From an uncultured Bacteroidota bacterium (GTDB lineage Bacteria; Bacteroidota; Bacteroidia; Bacteroidales; SZUA-534): a stretch of DNA of 64,000 nt. The stretch is taken from assembly GCA_946414435.1 (NCBI GenBank), contig CAMKOM010000012.1, positions 2,980-66,979 on the forward strand. The letters run 5' to 3'. The position numbers and the translations under genes were made by a program. Shown piece after piece: positions 7,871-17,711 of the stretch. The notes beneath the pieces were generated by a model. The model worked only from the letters and a program-made list of their open reading frames with translations. It ran no database searches and had not been told where the DNA came from. Position 1 is the stretch's first letter. Each line of letters starts with the position of its first letter.

Positions 7871-8121
7871 GGAGTTAGAAGTTAGGAGTTAGAAGTTAGA
7901 AATTTTAGGAATTAGGAGTTAGAAATTAGAAATTAGGATATGAAAATGGTGTTGGGTGCTGGGTGTTAGTTAATTATGAATTACGAATTACGAATTACGA
8001 CCGCTGACTGAAGTCTGTTGTCCGTAGTCTGAAGTCCAAAACTAAACAATTCACCGATTCAACATTCAATCCTTCAGTTATTCAATTAGTCTGTTAATTA
8101 TCAATTAATTATAAAACATAA
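7871..8121 (+). repeat. mosaic intergenic element L2 (GH67 / uxuA gap), archetype
   Basis: The whole 251-nt gap reads as: (TTAGGAG/TTAGAAG/TTAGAAA)x10, ggtgttgggtgctgggtgttag, (gaattacg)x3, ctgactgaagtctgttgtccgtagtctgaagtcc, aaactaaacaattcaccgattcaac, attcaatccttcag. Confidence 0.85.
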
Positions 8122-9342
8122 ATGGCACTAGAAAAAACTTGGCGCTGGTTCGGGTTCAACGACCCAATCACGCTCGACAATTTGGTACAAATGGGTGTTG
8201 AAGGCGTTGTGACGGCCTTGCACCACCTTCCCATCGGCGTTGTATGGGAGAAAGACGAGATTCTGAAAGTGAAGAACGCTATCGAGGCGAAGGGAATGCG
8301 CTGGAGCGTGGTGGAGAGCCTGCCCGTGAGCGAGGCCATCAAAACCTGCTCGGCCGAGCGCGACCTACACATCGAGAACTACAAGAAATCGCTGCAAAAC
8401 CTTGGCGAGTGCGGCATCGACACTGTCTGCTACAACTTCATGCCGGTGCTCGATTGGACGCGTACATCGCTGACATACAAGCATTTTGGCGGTGGCGAAG
8501 GTTTGTATTTCGATTTCACAACGTTTGTGGCGTGGGACTGCTACATTCTCTGCCGCCCCAACGCCGAGAACGAATACCCCGCCGACGTGGTGGCAAAGGC
8601 GAAGGAACTGTTCAAGACCTTCAGCAAGGAGAAATGCGAGGAGTTGACCTACATCATCATTGTGCTGACGCAAGGCTTTGTGAACGGCGTGATTGACGGC
8701 ACTGTGAAGGACCCCAAAGCGCTGTTCCTGAAGTATATATCGACTTACAAAGACATTGACAAGGAGAAGTTGCGTGCCAATATGAAGCGCTTCCTTGACG
8801 ACGTGATTCCGACTTGCGAGAAGTACAACGTGAACCTGTGCGTTCACCCCGACGACCCACCGTATCCTGTTCTGGGAATGCCGCGTATCATCGGCTGTAT
8901 GGACGACTTGGAGTGGCTGCGCAAGGCCAATCCGAGCCTGCGCAACGGCATCACCTACTGCACGGGCTCACTTTCGGGCCGCCCCGACAACGACCTGGTG
9001 GCCATTGCCGAGCGCTTTGCCGACGCCATCCACTTTGTGCACCTGCGCAACACGCAGCACCTGGACGATTTCAGTTTCTACGAGTCGGGCCACCTGAAAG
9101 GCAGCCTTGATATGCCCGCCATTGTTGAGGCCTTGCTCAAGGAGCAGCAGCGCCGCATCAAGGAAGGCCGCAAGGACATTCGTATGCCCTTCCGCCCCGA
9201 CCACGGCATCCGCATTCTGAACGACCTTGACGCCGACAAGAACATCTACAACGCAGGCTACCCGCTCTGCGGCCGTATGCGCGGCCTGGCGGAAATCGCA
9301 GGTCTGATGACGGGTATTGAATATGAGTTGACGAAGAAATAA
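8122..9342 (+). CDS. uxuA: mannonate dehydratase
   Basis: The 406-aa product begins MALEKTWRWFGFNDPITLDNLVQMGVEGVVTALHH, the typical UxuA N-terminus, and the similarity runs the full length. Confidence 0.93.
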   Translation: MALEKTWRWFGFNDPITLDNLVQMGVEGVVTALHHLPIGVVWEKDEILKVKNAIEAKGMRWSVVESLPVSEAIKTCSAERDLHIENYKKSLQNLGECGIDTVCYNFMPVLDWTRTSLTYKHFGGGEGLYFDFTTFVAWDCYILCRPNAENEYPADVVAKAKELFKTFSKEKCEELTYIIIVLTQGFVNGVIDGTVKDPKALFLKYISTYKDIDKEKLRANMKRFLDDVIPTCEKYNVNLCVHPDDPPYPVLGMPRIIGCMDDLEWLRKANPSLRNGITYCTGSLSGRPDNDLVAIAERFADAIHFVHLRNTQHLDDFSFYESGHLKGSLDMPAIVEALLKEQQRRIKEGRKDIRMPFRPDHGIRILNDLDADKNIYNAGYPLCGRMRGLAEIAGLMTGIEYELTKK

Positions 9343-9363
9343 AATATTATAATGTGTTTGATT

Positions 9364-9398
9364 GTAGAGGCGCCACACTTGTGACGCCTCTACTTTTT
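9364..9398 (+). terminator. rho-independent terminator after uxuA (GTAGAGGCG-type hairpin)
   Basis: GTAGAGGCGccacacttgtgaCGCCTCTAC followed by TTTTT. Confidence 0.8.
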
Positions 9399-9410
9399 AT
9401 AATAACACAC

Positions 9411-9432
9411 AAAAAAGCCCGCCGAAGCGGGC
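9411..9432 (-). terminator. rho-independent terminator after alaS
   Basis: Minus strand GCCCGCttcgGCGGGC followed by TTTTTT. Confidence 0.8.
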
Positions 9433-9443
9433 TTTGTCGTTTA

Positions 9444-12059
9444 TCATATCATCCCCACAATCACGTTCACGGCCTTATCCAAACCGTCGGCGTTTTTGCC
9501 GCCAGCTGAAGCAAAGAACGGCTGGCCGCCGCCGCCGCCTTGAATCTCTTTGGCGGCTTCGCGAATCATTTGTGAGGCGTTCAAACCTGTGGCAACCAGC
9601 GCATCGCTCATTGCAATGGTTAGCGACGGTCTGCCGTCGAATTTTGCGCCAGCTACAAACAAGAACTTATCCTTCACCTCACCACGGATTCTGAAGGCCA
9701 AATCCTTCAGTGCGTCGGGGCTCATCTCAATGCCCACAGGCAGACGGAACAGCTTTACATCGCCCTTCGTCTCAGCATTTGCGAGCAAATCGGCTTTTAT
9801 CTTTTGGATTTTCTCCTGCATAAACTTCTCAATGTCGCGCTTCAGTTCGGCGTTCTCGTCAACGGTCTTTTTTATGGTCTGCGCCAAATTGGGCACGTTG
9901 TTGAACATCTCCTTCAGCGAGCGAATGACATCTTGCTGCGTGTCGAACAGGTTTTCTGCCTTTTCGGCGGTCACAGCCTCGATACGGCGCACACCCGCGG
10001 CAACCGAACTCTCCGACACAACCTTTATCAACCCAATCTCACCCGTGGCGTGAACGTGGGTACCGCCGCAAAGCTCAATCGACGGACCGTATTTAATGAC
10101 GCGCACCGTATCGCCGTATTTCTCACCAAACAGCGCCATCGCGCCAAGCGCTTTTGCCTCGGCGATAGGCATATTGCGGTTCTCCTCCAAAATCAAATTC
10201 TGACGTACAAGTTTGTTTGCAATATGCTCGGCCTGACGAATCTCTTCATCGGTAACTTTTTGGAAATGAGAGAAATCGAAGCGCAGGCAATCAGGCGACA
10301 CCATTGAGCCCTTCTGCTCAACGTGAGTGCCAAGCACCTGGCGCAAAGCGTAATGCAGCAAGTGTGTTGCCGTGTGGTTGTTGGCCGTTTGTTGGCGACG
10401 CTCCACATCGACAATGGCACGGAACGTGGCTGTCGGGTCTTTCGGCATCGATTTTGCCAAATGAACGCTCAATTTGTTCTCTTTCTTTGTATCAATAATT
10501 TCAACGCGCTCACCGTTGCACTCCAACCAGCCGGTATCGCCAAGCTGACCGCCCATTTCGGCGTAGAACGGCGTGCGGTTGAGCACAATCTGATATAGCT
10601 CTTGATTCTTCTGTTTCACCTTGCGGTAGCGCAAAATCTCGACATCGGCCTCTAGCAAGTCGTAGCCCACAAACTCCGATTCGCCCTCCTGCAAATAAAC
10701 CCAGTCACCGGTCTCGACGGCAGCGGCGTTGCGGGCGCGTTCCTTCTGCTTCTGCATTTCGGCGTTGAACTCGTCGTTGTTGGCTGTCAGGCCGTTCTCG
10801 CGAAGGATAAGCTCGGTCAGATCGAGCGGAAATCCGTAGGTGTCGTATAGTGTAAAGGCTTCGACGCCAGTAATTTCGGTCTTGCCGGCGGCCTTTGTGT
10901 CGGCCATGATCTTGTCGAGCAGACGGATACCTGTCTCCAATGTGCGAAGGAATGCTTCCTCCTCTTCTTTCATCACCTTCGCAACCAAATCCTGCTGCGC
11001 CAGAAGTTCGGGATAAGCCTCGCCCATAGTATCGTTGAGCACTGGCAGCAGCTTGTACATAAACGCCTTGCGTTGTCCAAGGAACGTGTATCCGTAGCGG
11101 ACGGCGCGGCGCAGAATGCGGCGGATAACATAACCGGCCTTTGCGTTCGATGGCAGCTGACCATCGGTTATCGAGAAAGCAATTGTGCGCACGTGGTCGG
11201 CCACAACGCGCATTGCCACGTCAACCTTCGGGTCTTTGCCGTACTCGCAGTCACAAATGCGGCCTATCTCTTTGATTATGGGTTGGAAAACATCGGTGTC
11301 GTAGTTCGATTTCTTGCCCTGTAGAGCCATACACAGGCGCTCGAAGCCCATTCCCGTATCTACGTGCTTGTGCGGCAGAAGTTCGAGTGAGCCGTCGGCC
11401 TTGCGGTTGTATTGCATAAACACAAGGTTCCAAATCTCGATAACCAGCGGATTGCTTTGGTTCACAAGTTCGCGGCCAGGCAGTTTGGCGCGCTCGGCGT
11501 CATCGCGCAGGTCGATATGAATCTCAGAGCACGGACCGCAGGGGCCTGTAGCTCCCATTTCCCAGAAATTGTCGTGCTTGTTGCCGTGGATTACTCGGTC
11601 TTTTGGCAGATATTGCAGCCAAATCTCTTCGGCTTCGGTGTCAAGGTCAAGGTTTTCCGACGCATCGCCTTCAAACACTGTGGCATACAGACGGTCGACA
11701 GGCAGCTTATACACCTCGGTGAGCAACTCCCACGCCCAGGCAATGGCCTCTTTCTTGAAATAGTCACCAAACGACCAGTTGCCGAGCATCTCGAACATTG
11801 TGTGGTGATAGGTGTCGTGGCCCACTTCTTCAAGGTCGTTGTGCTTGCCCGACACACGCAGGCATTTCTGGCTGTTGGCCACACGCGGCCACTTGCGGGG
11901 CGATATACCAAGGAAAATATCCTTGAACTGGTTCATACCGGCGTTGGTGAACATTAGCGTCGGGTCGTCTTTGATAACCATCGGCGCGCTGCTCACAATC
12001 TGGTGCTGTTTCGATGCAAAGAAATCTTTGAACTGATTGCGTATCTCTTTAGATGTCAT
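9444..12059 (-). CDS. alaS: alanine--tRNA ligase
   Basis: 871 aa. Contains [28 protein letters not shown] and [10 protein letters not shown], the HxxxH editing motif ([13 protein letters not shown]) and a C-terminal DHHA1 region. Confidence 0.97.
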   Translation of the reverse strand: MTSKEIRNQFKDFFASKQHQIVSSAPMVIKDDPTLMFTNAGMNQFKDIFLGISPRKWPRVANSQKCLRVSGKHNDLEEVGHDTYHHTMFEMLGNWSFGDYFKKEAIAWAWELLTEVYKLPVDRLYATVFEGDASENLDLDTEAEEIWLQYLPKDRVIHGNKHDNFWEMGATGPCGPCSEIHIDLRDDAERAKLPGRELVNQSNPLVIEIWNLVFMQYNRKADGSLELLPHKHVDTGMGFERLCMALQGKKSNYDTDVFQPIIKEIGRICDCEYGKDPKVDVAMRVVADHVRTIAFSITDGQLPSNAKAGYVIRRILRRAVRYGYTFLGQRKAFMYKLLPVLNDTMGEAYPELLAQQDLVAKVMKEEEEAFLRTLETGIRLLDKIMADTKAAGKTEITGVEAFTLYDTYGFPLDLTELILRENGLTANNDEFNAEMQKQKERARNAAAVETGDWVYLQEGESEFVGYDLLEADVEILRYRKVKQKNQELYQIVLNRTPFYAEMGGQLGDTGWLECNGERVEIIDTKKENKLSVHLAKSMPKDPTATFRAIVDVERRQQTANNHTATHLLHYALRQVLGTHVEQKGSMVSPDCLRFDFSHFQKVTDEEIRQAEHIANKLVRQNLILEENRNMPIAEAKALGAMALFGEKYGDTVRVIKYGPSIELCGGTHVHATGEIGLIKVVSESSVAAGVRRIEAVTAEKAENLFDTQQDVIRSLKEMFNNVPNLAQTIKKTVDENAELKRDIEKFMQEKIQKIKADLLANAETKGDVKLFRLPVGIEMSPDALKDLAFRIRGEVKDKFLFVAGAKFDGRPSLTIAMSDALVATGLNASQMIREAAKEIQGGGGGQPFFASAGGKNADGLDKAVNVIVGMI

Positions 12060-12098
12060 ATTGTTATATGTTTAATTGTTTCATTTTACAGAGAGTTG

Positions 12099-12106
12099 CA
12101 AACTTA
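12099..12106 (-). promoter_or_regulatory. -7 box for alaS
   Basis: Minus strand TAAGTTTG, 40 nt upstream of the ATG at 12059. Confidence 0.45.
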
Positions 12107-12119
12107 TTCCTTTTTTCAT

Positions 12120-12127
12120 TAGTTTTG
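12120..12127 (+). promoter_or_regulatory. -7 box for the M23 peptidase gene
   Basis: TAGTTTTG, 30 nt upstream of the ATG at 12157. Confidence 0.45.
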
Positions 12128-12156
12128 CTATGTAAAAATCGTGTTTTCAGAAAATA

Positions 12157-13128
12157 ATGTCAGAACCGAAGTACAGTTTCAATCCGGAAAGTCTGAGTTA
12201 TGATAAAATAACGCTCACTCCCCGACAAAAAATCCTCAAATTTTTAAAGGGAGTTTTGTTATTTGCTTTTGTCTCATTTTTGTTTGTTATAGTACTGTCC
12301 ACACTATTCGACACTCCTGGCGAGAAAATTCAGAAACGCGAGAACAAACAATTGCTTTACCAATACGAACTTTTAAGTAAAAAGGTTGAAAGCATGGAAC
12401 ACAGCATGGATGAAATCCAACAGCATGATGACAATATTTACCGTCACATTTTCGGCATCGACCCGATACCAGAAAGCAAACGAATGGCTGGTGTTGGCGG
12501 TTCAAATCCATATAAGGATCTGGAGCAGTATTCAAAATCGGAATTGTTAATTGAAACATCGAAAAAGATTGACAATCTGGCTCGCAGAATGGTTGTACAG
12601 GCTGAATCGTACGACAACATTATGAAACTGGTTGAAGACAAAGAAAAATTTCTAGCTTCAGTTCCAGCCATATCTCCCATTGCCGACCGCAATTTGCGGC
12701 GATTTGCATCTGGTTACGGCTACCGCATCCACCCCATATACCGTACACTGAAATTGCACAACGGCATTGACCTAACTGCACCAACTGGCACAAAAGTGTA
12801 CGCTACGGGCGGAGGCAAGGTCATCAGTGCGGGATATGCGGCCGGAGGCTACGGCATCAAGGTGATTATTGACCACGGCTATGGCTACAAAACGCTTTAT
12901 GCACATCTTAGCAAGGCAATGGTGAAGGTTGGCAAACGTGTCGCTCGCGGTGATGTGATCGGCGAAGTTGGCAGTACAGGCCGTTCTACGGCACCACACC
13001 TGCACTACGAAGTCCGGAAAAACGACCAGACAGAAAATCCTGTCAACTACTACTATACGGACCTGACGCCAGAAGAATATGAAGAGATGATCAATGTCTC
13101 GAGCCAAATGACAATGAGTTTTGACTAA
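12157..13128 (+). CDS. M23 family metallopeptidase (membrane anchored)
   Basis: N-terminal TM helix and coiled coil, followed by HNGIDLTAPTGTKVYATGGGKV and GSTGRSTAPHLHYEV. Confidence 0.9.
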   Translation: MSEPKYSFNPESLSYDKITLTPRQKILKFLKGVLLFAFVSFLFVIVLSTLFDTPGEKIQKRENKQLLYQYELLSKKVESMEHSMDEIQQHDDNIYRHIFGIDPIPESKRMAGVGGSNPYKDLEQYSKSELLIETSKKIDNLARRMVVQAESYDNIMKLVEDKEKFLASVPAISPIADRNLRRFASGYGYRIHPIYRTLKLHNGIDLTAPTGTKVYATGGGKVISAGYAAGGYGIKVIIDHGYGYKTLYAHLSKAMVKVGKRVARGDVIGEVGSTGRSTAPHLHYEVRKNDQTENPVNYYYTDLTPEEYEEMINVSSQMTMSFD

Positions 13129-13144
13129 CTAATACCTTAATATT

Positions 13145-13480
13145 ATGCCATACAAAGAGAAAAAAATCGAAAAATTGTTCTACACTATCGGTGAAGTAGC
13201 CGAAATGTTTGGAGTGAACACATCGCTAATCCGCTACTGGGAAAAAGAGTTCGACATCATCAAACCACAGCGCAACAAAAAAGGCAACCGTTTGTTCACT
13301 AAAAACGACGTTGACAACTTCTTCATCATCTATCACCTTGTTAAAGAGCGCGGCCTGACACTGGAAGGCGCGAAACGCAAGCTTCACGACAATCGCGAAG
13401 ACACCATCAACAATTTCGAAGTGGTTAAATCTCTCGAATCAATCAAGGATATGCTGATTGAAGTCAAGGATATGCTGTAG
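13145..13480 (+). CDS. MerR-family transcriptional regulator
   Basis: 111 aa. YTIGEVAEMFGVNTSLIRYWEKEFD is a MerR-type HTH. Confidence 0.85.
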   Translation: MPYKEKKIEKLFYTIGEVAEMFGVNTSLIRYWEKEFDIIKPQRNKKGNRLFTKNDVDNFFIIYHLVKERGLTLEGAKRKLHDNREDTINNFEVVKSLESIKDMLIEVKDML

Positions 13481-13517
13481 TTAAGGATTGTATTATTTAT
13501 TTGGTATAAAAAGAAAA

Positions 13518-13541
13518 GGCTGCTTTCATTGGAAAACAGCC
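13518..13541. terminator. bidirectional terminator between the merR-like gene and the DUF1987 gene
   Basis: GGCTGcTTTCattgGAAAaCAGCC, flanked by an A-run upstream and a T-run downstream. Confidence 0.65.
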
Positions 13542-13570
13542 TTTTGTATTTTAACAATTCAATCTTTCAA

Positions 13571-13951
13571 TCATTTGTCAACCGGGAAGAATTTGAACGG
13601 GAGGTCAACTAAATCACGGAAATACTCGCCCTGGTCAAGCATATCTTCGTCGTCCTGCTGATAATACCAATGAATCTCAACATCAGCACCAGTATTGAAT
13701 AAAGAGTTCATTCGTTTAATAATGCTGAAGAACATTTTTGACGATGCAGTGTTGTAGTATTTCATCTTAAATGACATCGTTGTTTTGGGAGCCGGATTCT
13801 TAGCATACTCTTCAATCCATTCAAGCACAGAACCATACAGCAAAGTAGCATTTTCAGGCAGTGATTGTCCGGCAATGGACAACTCTCCTTTTTCTGCGTT
13901 AAATTGCAAATCGGGCTTTTGTTTGCTAGGCGTAATTATCAAATCGTTCAT
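13571..13951 (-). CDS. DUF1987 (SiaC-like) small protein
   Basis: The internal ATG at 13951 gives MNDLIITPSKQKPDLQFNAEKGELSIAGQSLPENATLLYGSVLEWIEEY (126 aa), which resembles DUF1987 proteins from memory. Confidence 0.7.
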   Translation of the reverse strand: MNDLIITPSKQKPDLQFNAEKGELSIAGQSLPENATLLYGSVLEWIEEYAKNPAPKTTMSFKMKYYNTASSKMFFSIIKRMNSLFNTGADVEIHWYYQQDDEDMLDQGEYFRDLVDLPFKFFPVDK

Positions 13952-14143
13952 AGTTCGACCATAATTTTCCCCAAAAATAGCAACTAAACCACAACGAGAG
14001 TAAAATTGCCGAATAATTTTTAACAGAATTATGCACATTTACCCGCAAACGGCTCGTATAGCCGTTTTGGATGCTATCGGCATACAAGAATTACGTATAA
14101 CACTAAAAAAGCCGCACCCCCTGCCGCTATTGAATAAAAAGGT

Positions 14144-14151
14144 TACCTTTG
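14144..14151 (+). promoter_or_regulatory. -7 box for serC
   Basis: TACCTTTG, 37 nt upstream of the ATG at 14188. Confidence 0.45.
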
Positions 14152-14187
14152 CGGCGTTTTTTAGAACAATTATCTACATATTTTATT

Positions 14188-15273
14188 ATGAGAAAGCACA
14201 TCTTTAACGCAGGACCATGTAAGTTGTCCGACATGACTTTGCAGAACACTGCCAAAGCCGTTCTTGAACTTGACAATTGCGGACAATCTATTTTGGAAGT
14301 ATCACACCGCTCAAAAGATTTTCAGGCTGTAATCGACGAGGCCGACGCCTTGTTCCACGAGGTTATGAACATCCCGGCAAACTACCACGTTTTGTTCCTT
14401 GGTGGCGGTGCAAGTACCCAATTCGCTATGCTGCCTTTCAACTTCTTGAAAACTAAGGCCGCATACGTTGACACCGGCACCTGGTCATCCAAAGCAATTA
14501 AAGAAGCAAAACTGTTCGGTGAGGTTGAGATTATAGCATCGTCGGAAGCAGCAAACCATACCTACTACCCGAAACCGGGCTCCTACACTATCCCGACTGA
14601 TGTTGATTATCTGCATATTACAACCAACAACACCATCCGCGGAACAGAGATTCTGACCGACATCGACTCGCCGGTTCCATTGTTCGCCGATATGTCGTCG
14701 GATATTTTGAGCCGCCCTGTCGACGTTAGCAAATACGCTGTAATCTACGCTGGCGCACAAAAGAACGTCGGCCCTGCAGGATGTACGGTTGTCATCATCC
14801 GCGACGATATGCTCGACCGCGTGGTTGCCGACCGCGCCATTCCGTCGATGCTGCGCTACGACATCCATATGAAGAACGGCTCAATGTACAACACACCGCC
14901 GTGCATCAACATCTTCGCCATCCGCGAGACTCTGAAATGGATTAAATCAGTTGGCGGTCTTGAGGCTATGGAAAAACTCGCCATTGAGCGTGCAAACATT
15001 GTTTACGCAGAGATTGAGCGCAACTCGCTCTTCACATCGCCTGTTCAGAAGGATTCACGTTCGCGTATGAACATTCCGTTCGTCTGGACTCCAGGCAACG
15101 AGCAGTATCAGGATGCCTTTATGGATTTCGCAAAGAAATGCAACATTGTCGGTATCAAAGGTCACCGCTCGGTTGGCGGCTTCCGCGCTTCGTGCTACAA
15201 CGCCTGCACCATCGAGGACTGCCAGGCTCTTGTGAACTGTATGGCAGAATTTGAAAAACAAGTTAAAAAGTAA
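14188..15273 (+). CDS. serC: phosphoserine aminotransferase
   Basis: ATG at 14188, MRKHIFNAGPCKL..., with the SerC-type PLP enzyme pattern (SHRSKDF, YAGAQKN) in a product of about 361 aa. Confidence 0.93.
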   Translation: MRKHIFNAGPCKLSDMTLQNTAKAVLELDNCGQSILEVSHRSKDFQAVIDEADALFHEVMNIPANYHVLFLGGGASTQFAMLPFNFLKTKAAYVDTGTWSSKAIKEAKLFGEVEIIASSEAANHTYYPKPGSYTIPTDVDYLHITTNNTIRGTEILTDIDSPVPLFADMSSDILSRPVDVSKYAVIYAGAQKNVGPAGCTVVIIRDDMLDRVVADRAIPSMLRYDIHMKNGSMYNTPPCINIFAIRETLKWIKSVGGLEAMEKLAIERANIVYAEIERNSLFTSPVQKDSRSRMNIPFVWTPGNEQYQDAFMDFAKKCNIVGIKGHRSVGGFRASCYNACTIEDCQALVNCMAEFEKQVKK

Positions 15274-15276
15274 GAA

Positions 15277-16200
15277 ATGAAGACAATATTAGTAGCAACA
15301 GAGAAACCTTTTGCAAAACAGGCTGTTGACGGCATTAAAGAGATTGTCGAGAAATCGGGCAACAAATTCAAACTGCTCGAGAACTACACCGACAAACAGC
15401 AACTGCTTGACGCTGTGGCTGATGCCGATGCAATAATCATCCGCAGCGACAAAGTTACCGATGAGGTGATGGCCGCTGGAAAAAATCTGAAGATTGTTGT
15501 CCGCGCAGGTGCCGGCTACGACAATGTTGACCTTGAGGCCGCAACAAAACGCGGTATCGTGGTGATGAACACACCGGGTCAGAACTCAAACGCTGTGGCT
15601 GAACTTGTGTTTGGTCTGCTTGTGTTTGCCGTTCGTAACTTCTACAATGGCAAATCGGGTACCGAACTCAAAGGCAAGAAACTCGGAATCCTTGCCTTCG
15701 GTCAGGTTGGTCGCAATGTTGCCCGCGTGGCTAAAGGCTTCGATATGGATGTTTACGCCTACGACGCTTTCTGCCCGAAAGAGGCTATTGAGGCCGCTGG
15801 TGTTAAAGCCGTTGACAATCAGGACGCTTTGTTTGAGAATTGCGACATTGTATCGCTTCACATTCCTGCAACTCCTGAGACAAAAGAGAGCATCAACTAC
15901 GCTCTTGTCAACAAGATGAAGAAAGGCGGCATTGTTATCAACACTGCCCGCAAAGAGGTCATCAACGAGGCCGAACTTATTAAACTGATGGAAGAACGCC
16001 AGGATTTGAAATACATCACCGACATTGCTCCTGATGCCGATGCCGATTTCAAAGCGAAATTCGAGGGCCGCTACTTTGCAACCCCGAAAAAGATGGGCGC
16101 ACAGACCGCCGAGGCCAACATCAACGCTGGCTTGGCCGCTGCCAATCAGATTGTCGATTTCTTCGCCACTGGCAACAAGAAATTCCAGGTGAACAAGTAA
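15277..16200 (+). CDS. serA: D-3-phosphoglycerate dehydrogenase (short D-2-hydroxyacid dehydrogenase type)
   Basis: 307 aa. NAD-binding motif GILAFGQVGRNVA. It starts 3 nt after serC, as in Bacteroides serC-serA pairs. Confidence 0.85.
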   Translation: MKTILVATEKPFAKQAVDGIKEIVEKSGNKFKLLENYTDKQQLLDAVADADAIIIRSDKVTDEVMAAGKNLKIVVRAGAGYDNVDLEAATKRGIVVMNTPGQNSNAVAELVFGLLVFAVRNFYNGKSGTELKGKKLGILAFGQVGRNVARVAKGFDMDVYAYDAFCPKEAIEAAGVKAVDNQDALFENCDIVSLHIPATPETKESINYALVNKMKKGGIVINTARKEVINEAELIKLMEERQDLKYITDIAPDADADFKAKFEGRYFATPKKMGAQTAEANINAGLAAANQIVDFFATGNKKFQVNK

Positions 16201-16225
16201 TTCGTTACAAACCGATACAGAAAAA

Positions 16226-16251
16226 GGCTGCTCGTTTGAGTGGCCTTTTTT
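16226..16251 (+). terminator. terminator after serA
   Basis: GGCTGCTCgtttGAGTGGCC followed by TTTTTT. Confidence 0.7.
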
Positions 16252-16437
16252 GTTGGTAGTGGTTTTATTTCGCACAGATGACGCAGAATACACTGATTAA
16301 CACAGAATTATTTGTTCCTATCCGATTTGAGCCGATTGTAACCGGAATCAAAAGATTATTTATACATTCGCACGCTGAAACTAGAAACGTTTCGGTACAA
16401 TAAGACAATTGTAAATCAACAAAATAAACAATAGAAA

Positions 16438-17685
16438 ATGGCAACAGTAAAACCATTCAAAGGCGTTCGTCCGCCGAAAGCGATAATTGAGAAACTGGCG
16501 TGCCTGCCCTACGATGTGATGAACACCGAAGAGGCCGCAAAGATGGCCGCTGGCAAGCCTGAGAGCCTGCTGCACGTCACACGCGCCGAAATTGACTGCC
16601 CCGCTGGCACCGACATCCACTCGGCCACCGTTTACAACAAGGCTGTCGATAACTATAAGATGTTCAAGCAGAAAGGCTGGCTGGTGCAAGATGCCGAGCC
16701 GAAGTTCTACATCTACGCGCAAACAATGAACGGCCGCACGCAGTACGGCATTGTGGGCGCCGCATCGTGTGAGGATTACAACACGGGCATCATCAAGAAG
16801 CACGAACTCACCCGCCCCGACAAAGAGGAAGACCGTATGGTGCTGACTCGCTATCTGAACGCCAACATTGAGCCTGTTTTCTTCTCGTATAAGGCTGTGC
16901 CTGAGATTGATGCCATTGTTGCCAACATTGTCAAGAATCAGAAACCCGACTACGATTTTGTGGCCGAGGACGGATTCGGACACACCTTCTGGCCAGTTAA
17001 CTCACCTGAAACCAACAAGCGGATTGAGGAACTGTTTGCAACCAAGGTGCCGTACTGCTATGTTGCTGATGGTCACCACCGTACGGCTGCCGCAGCCCGC
17101 ATCGGACTTGAGAAGAAAAGCCAGAACCCGAATCATACGGGCAAAGAGGAATACAACTTCTTTATGGCCGTTCATTTTCCTGACAATCAGTTGAATATCA
17201 TCGATTACAACCGTGTTTGCAAAGACCTGAACGGCTTGAGCGAGGCTGAGTTTATGCAGAAACTTGATAAGTGCTTCACTGTCACCAAAATGGGTGCCGA
17301 TATTTACAAGCCAGCACAGTTGCACGAGTTCAGTATGTATATGGACGGCAACTGGTACAAACTCAACTCAAAGCCAGGCACTTACAACGACTCCGACCCG
17401 ATTGGCGTGCTCGACGTAACCATTCTGTCGAACCACGTTTTGGACGAAATTCTGGGCGTGAAAGACCTGCGCACCACCACCCGCGTTGAGTTTGTGGGCG
17501 GAATCCGCGGTCTTGGCGAACTGAAACGCCGAGTTGACAATGGCGAGATGAAATGCGCCTTTGCACTCTACCCCGTCTCAATGAAACAACTCATCGATAT
17601 TGCCGATTCGGGCAACATTATGCCGCCCAAAACCACCTGGTTCGAGCCGAAATTGCGCTCGGGACTGGTGATTCACGAGTTGTAA
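16438..17685 (+). CDS. DUF1015 family protein
   Basis: 415 aa beginning MATVKPFKGVRPPKAIIEKLACLPYDVMNTEEA, the characteristic DUF1015 N-terminus. Confidence 0.85.
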   Translation: MATVKPFKGVRPPKAIIEKLACLPYDVMNTEEAAKMAAGKPESLLHVTRAEIDCPAGTDIHSATVYNKAVDNYKMFKQKGWLVQDAEPKFYIYAQTMNGRTQYGIVGAASCEDYNTGIIKKHELTRPDKEEDRMVLTRYLNANIEPVFFSYKAVPEIDAIVANIVKNQKPDYDFVAEDGFGHTFWPVNSPETNKRIEELFATKVPYCYVADGHHRTAAAARIGLEKKSQNPNHTGKEEYNFFMAVHFPDNQLNIIDYNRVCKDLNGLSEAEFMQKLDKCFTVTKMGADIYKPAQLHEFSMYMDGNWYKLNSKPGTYNDSDPIGVLDVTILSNHVLDEILGVKDLRTTTRVEFVGGIRGLGELKRRVDNGEMKCAFALYPVSMKQLIDIADSGNIMPPKTTWFEPKLRSGLVIHEL

Positions 17686-17711
17686 CACATCAGAACATTA
17701 GCGTACCTGAT

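Noticed and set aside
7871-8121. The short tandem repeats in the intergenic gaps could be CRISPR arrays or coding low-complexity sequence.
   Set aside because: The units are only 7-8 nt with no unique spacers and no cas genes nearby. The runs carry stop codons in all frames, so they are neither CRISPR nor coding.
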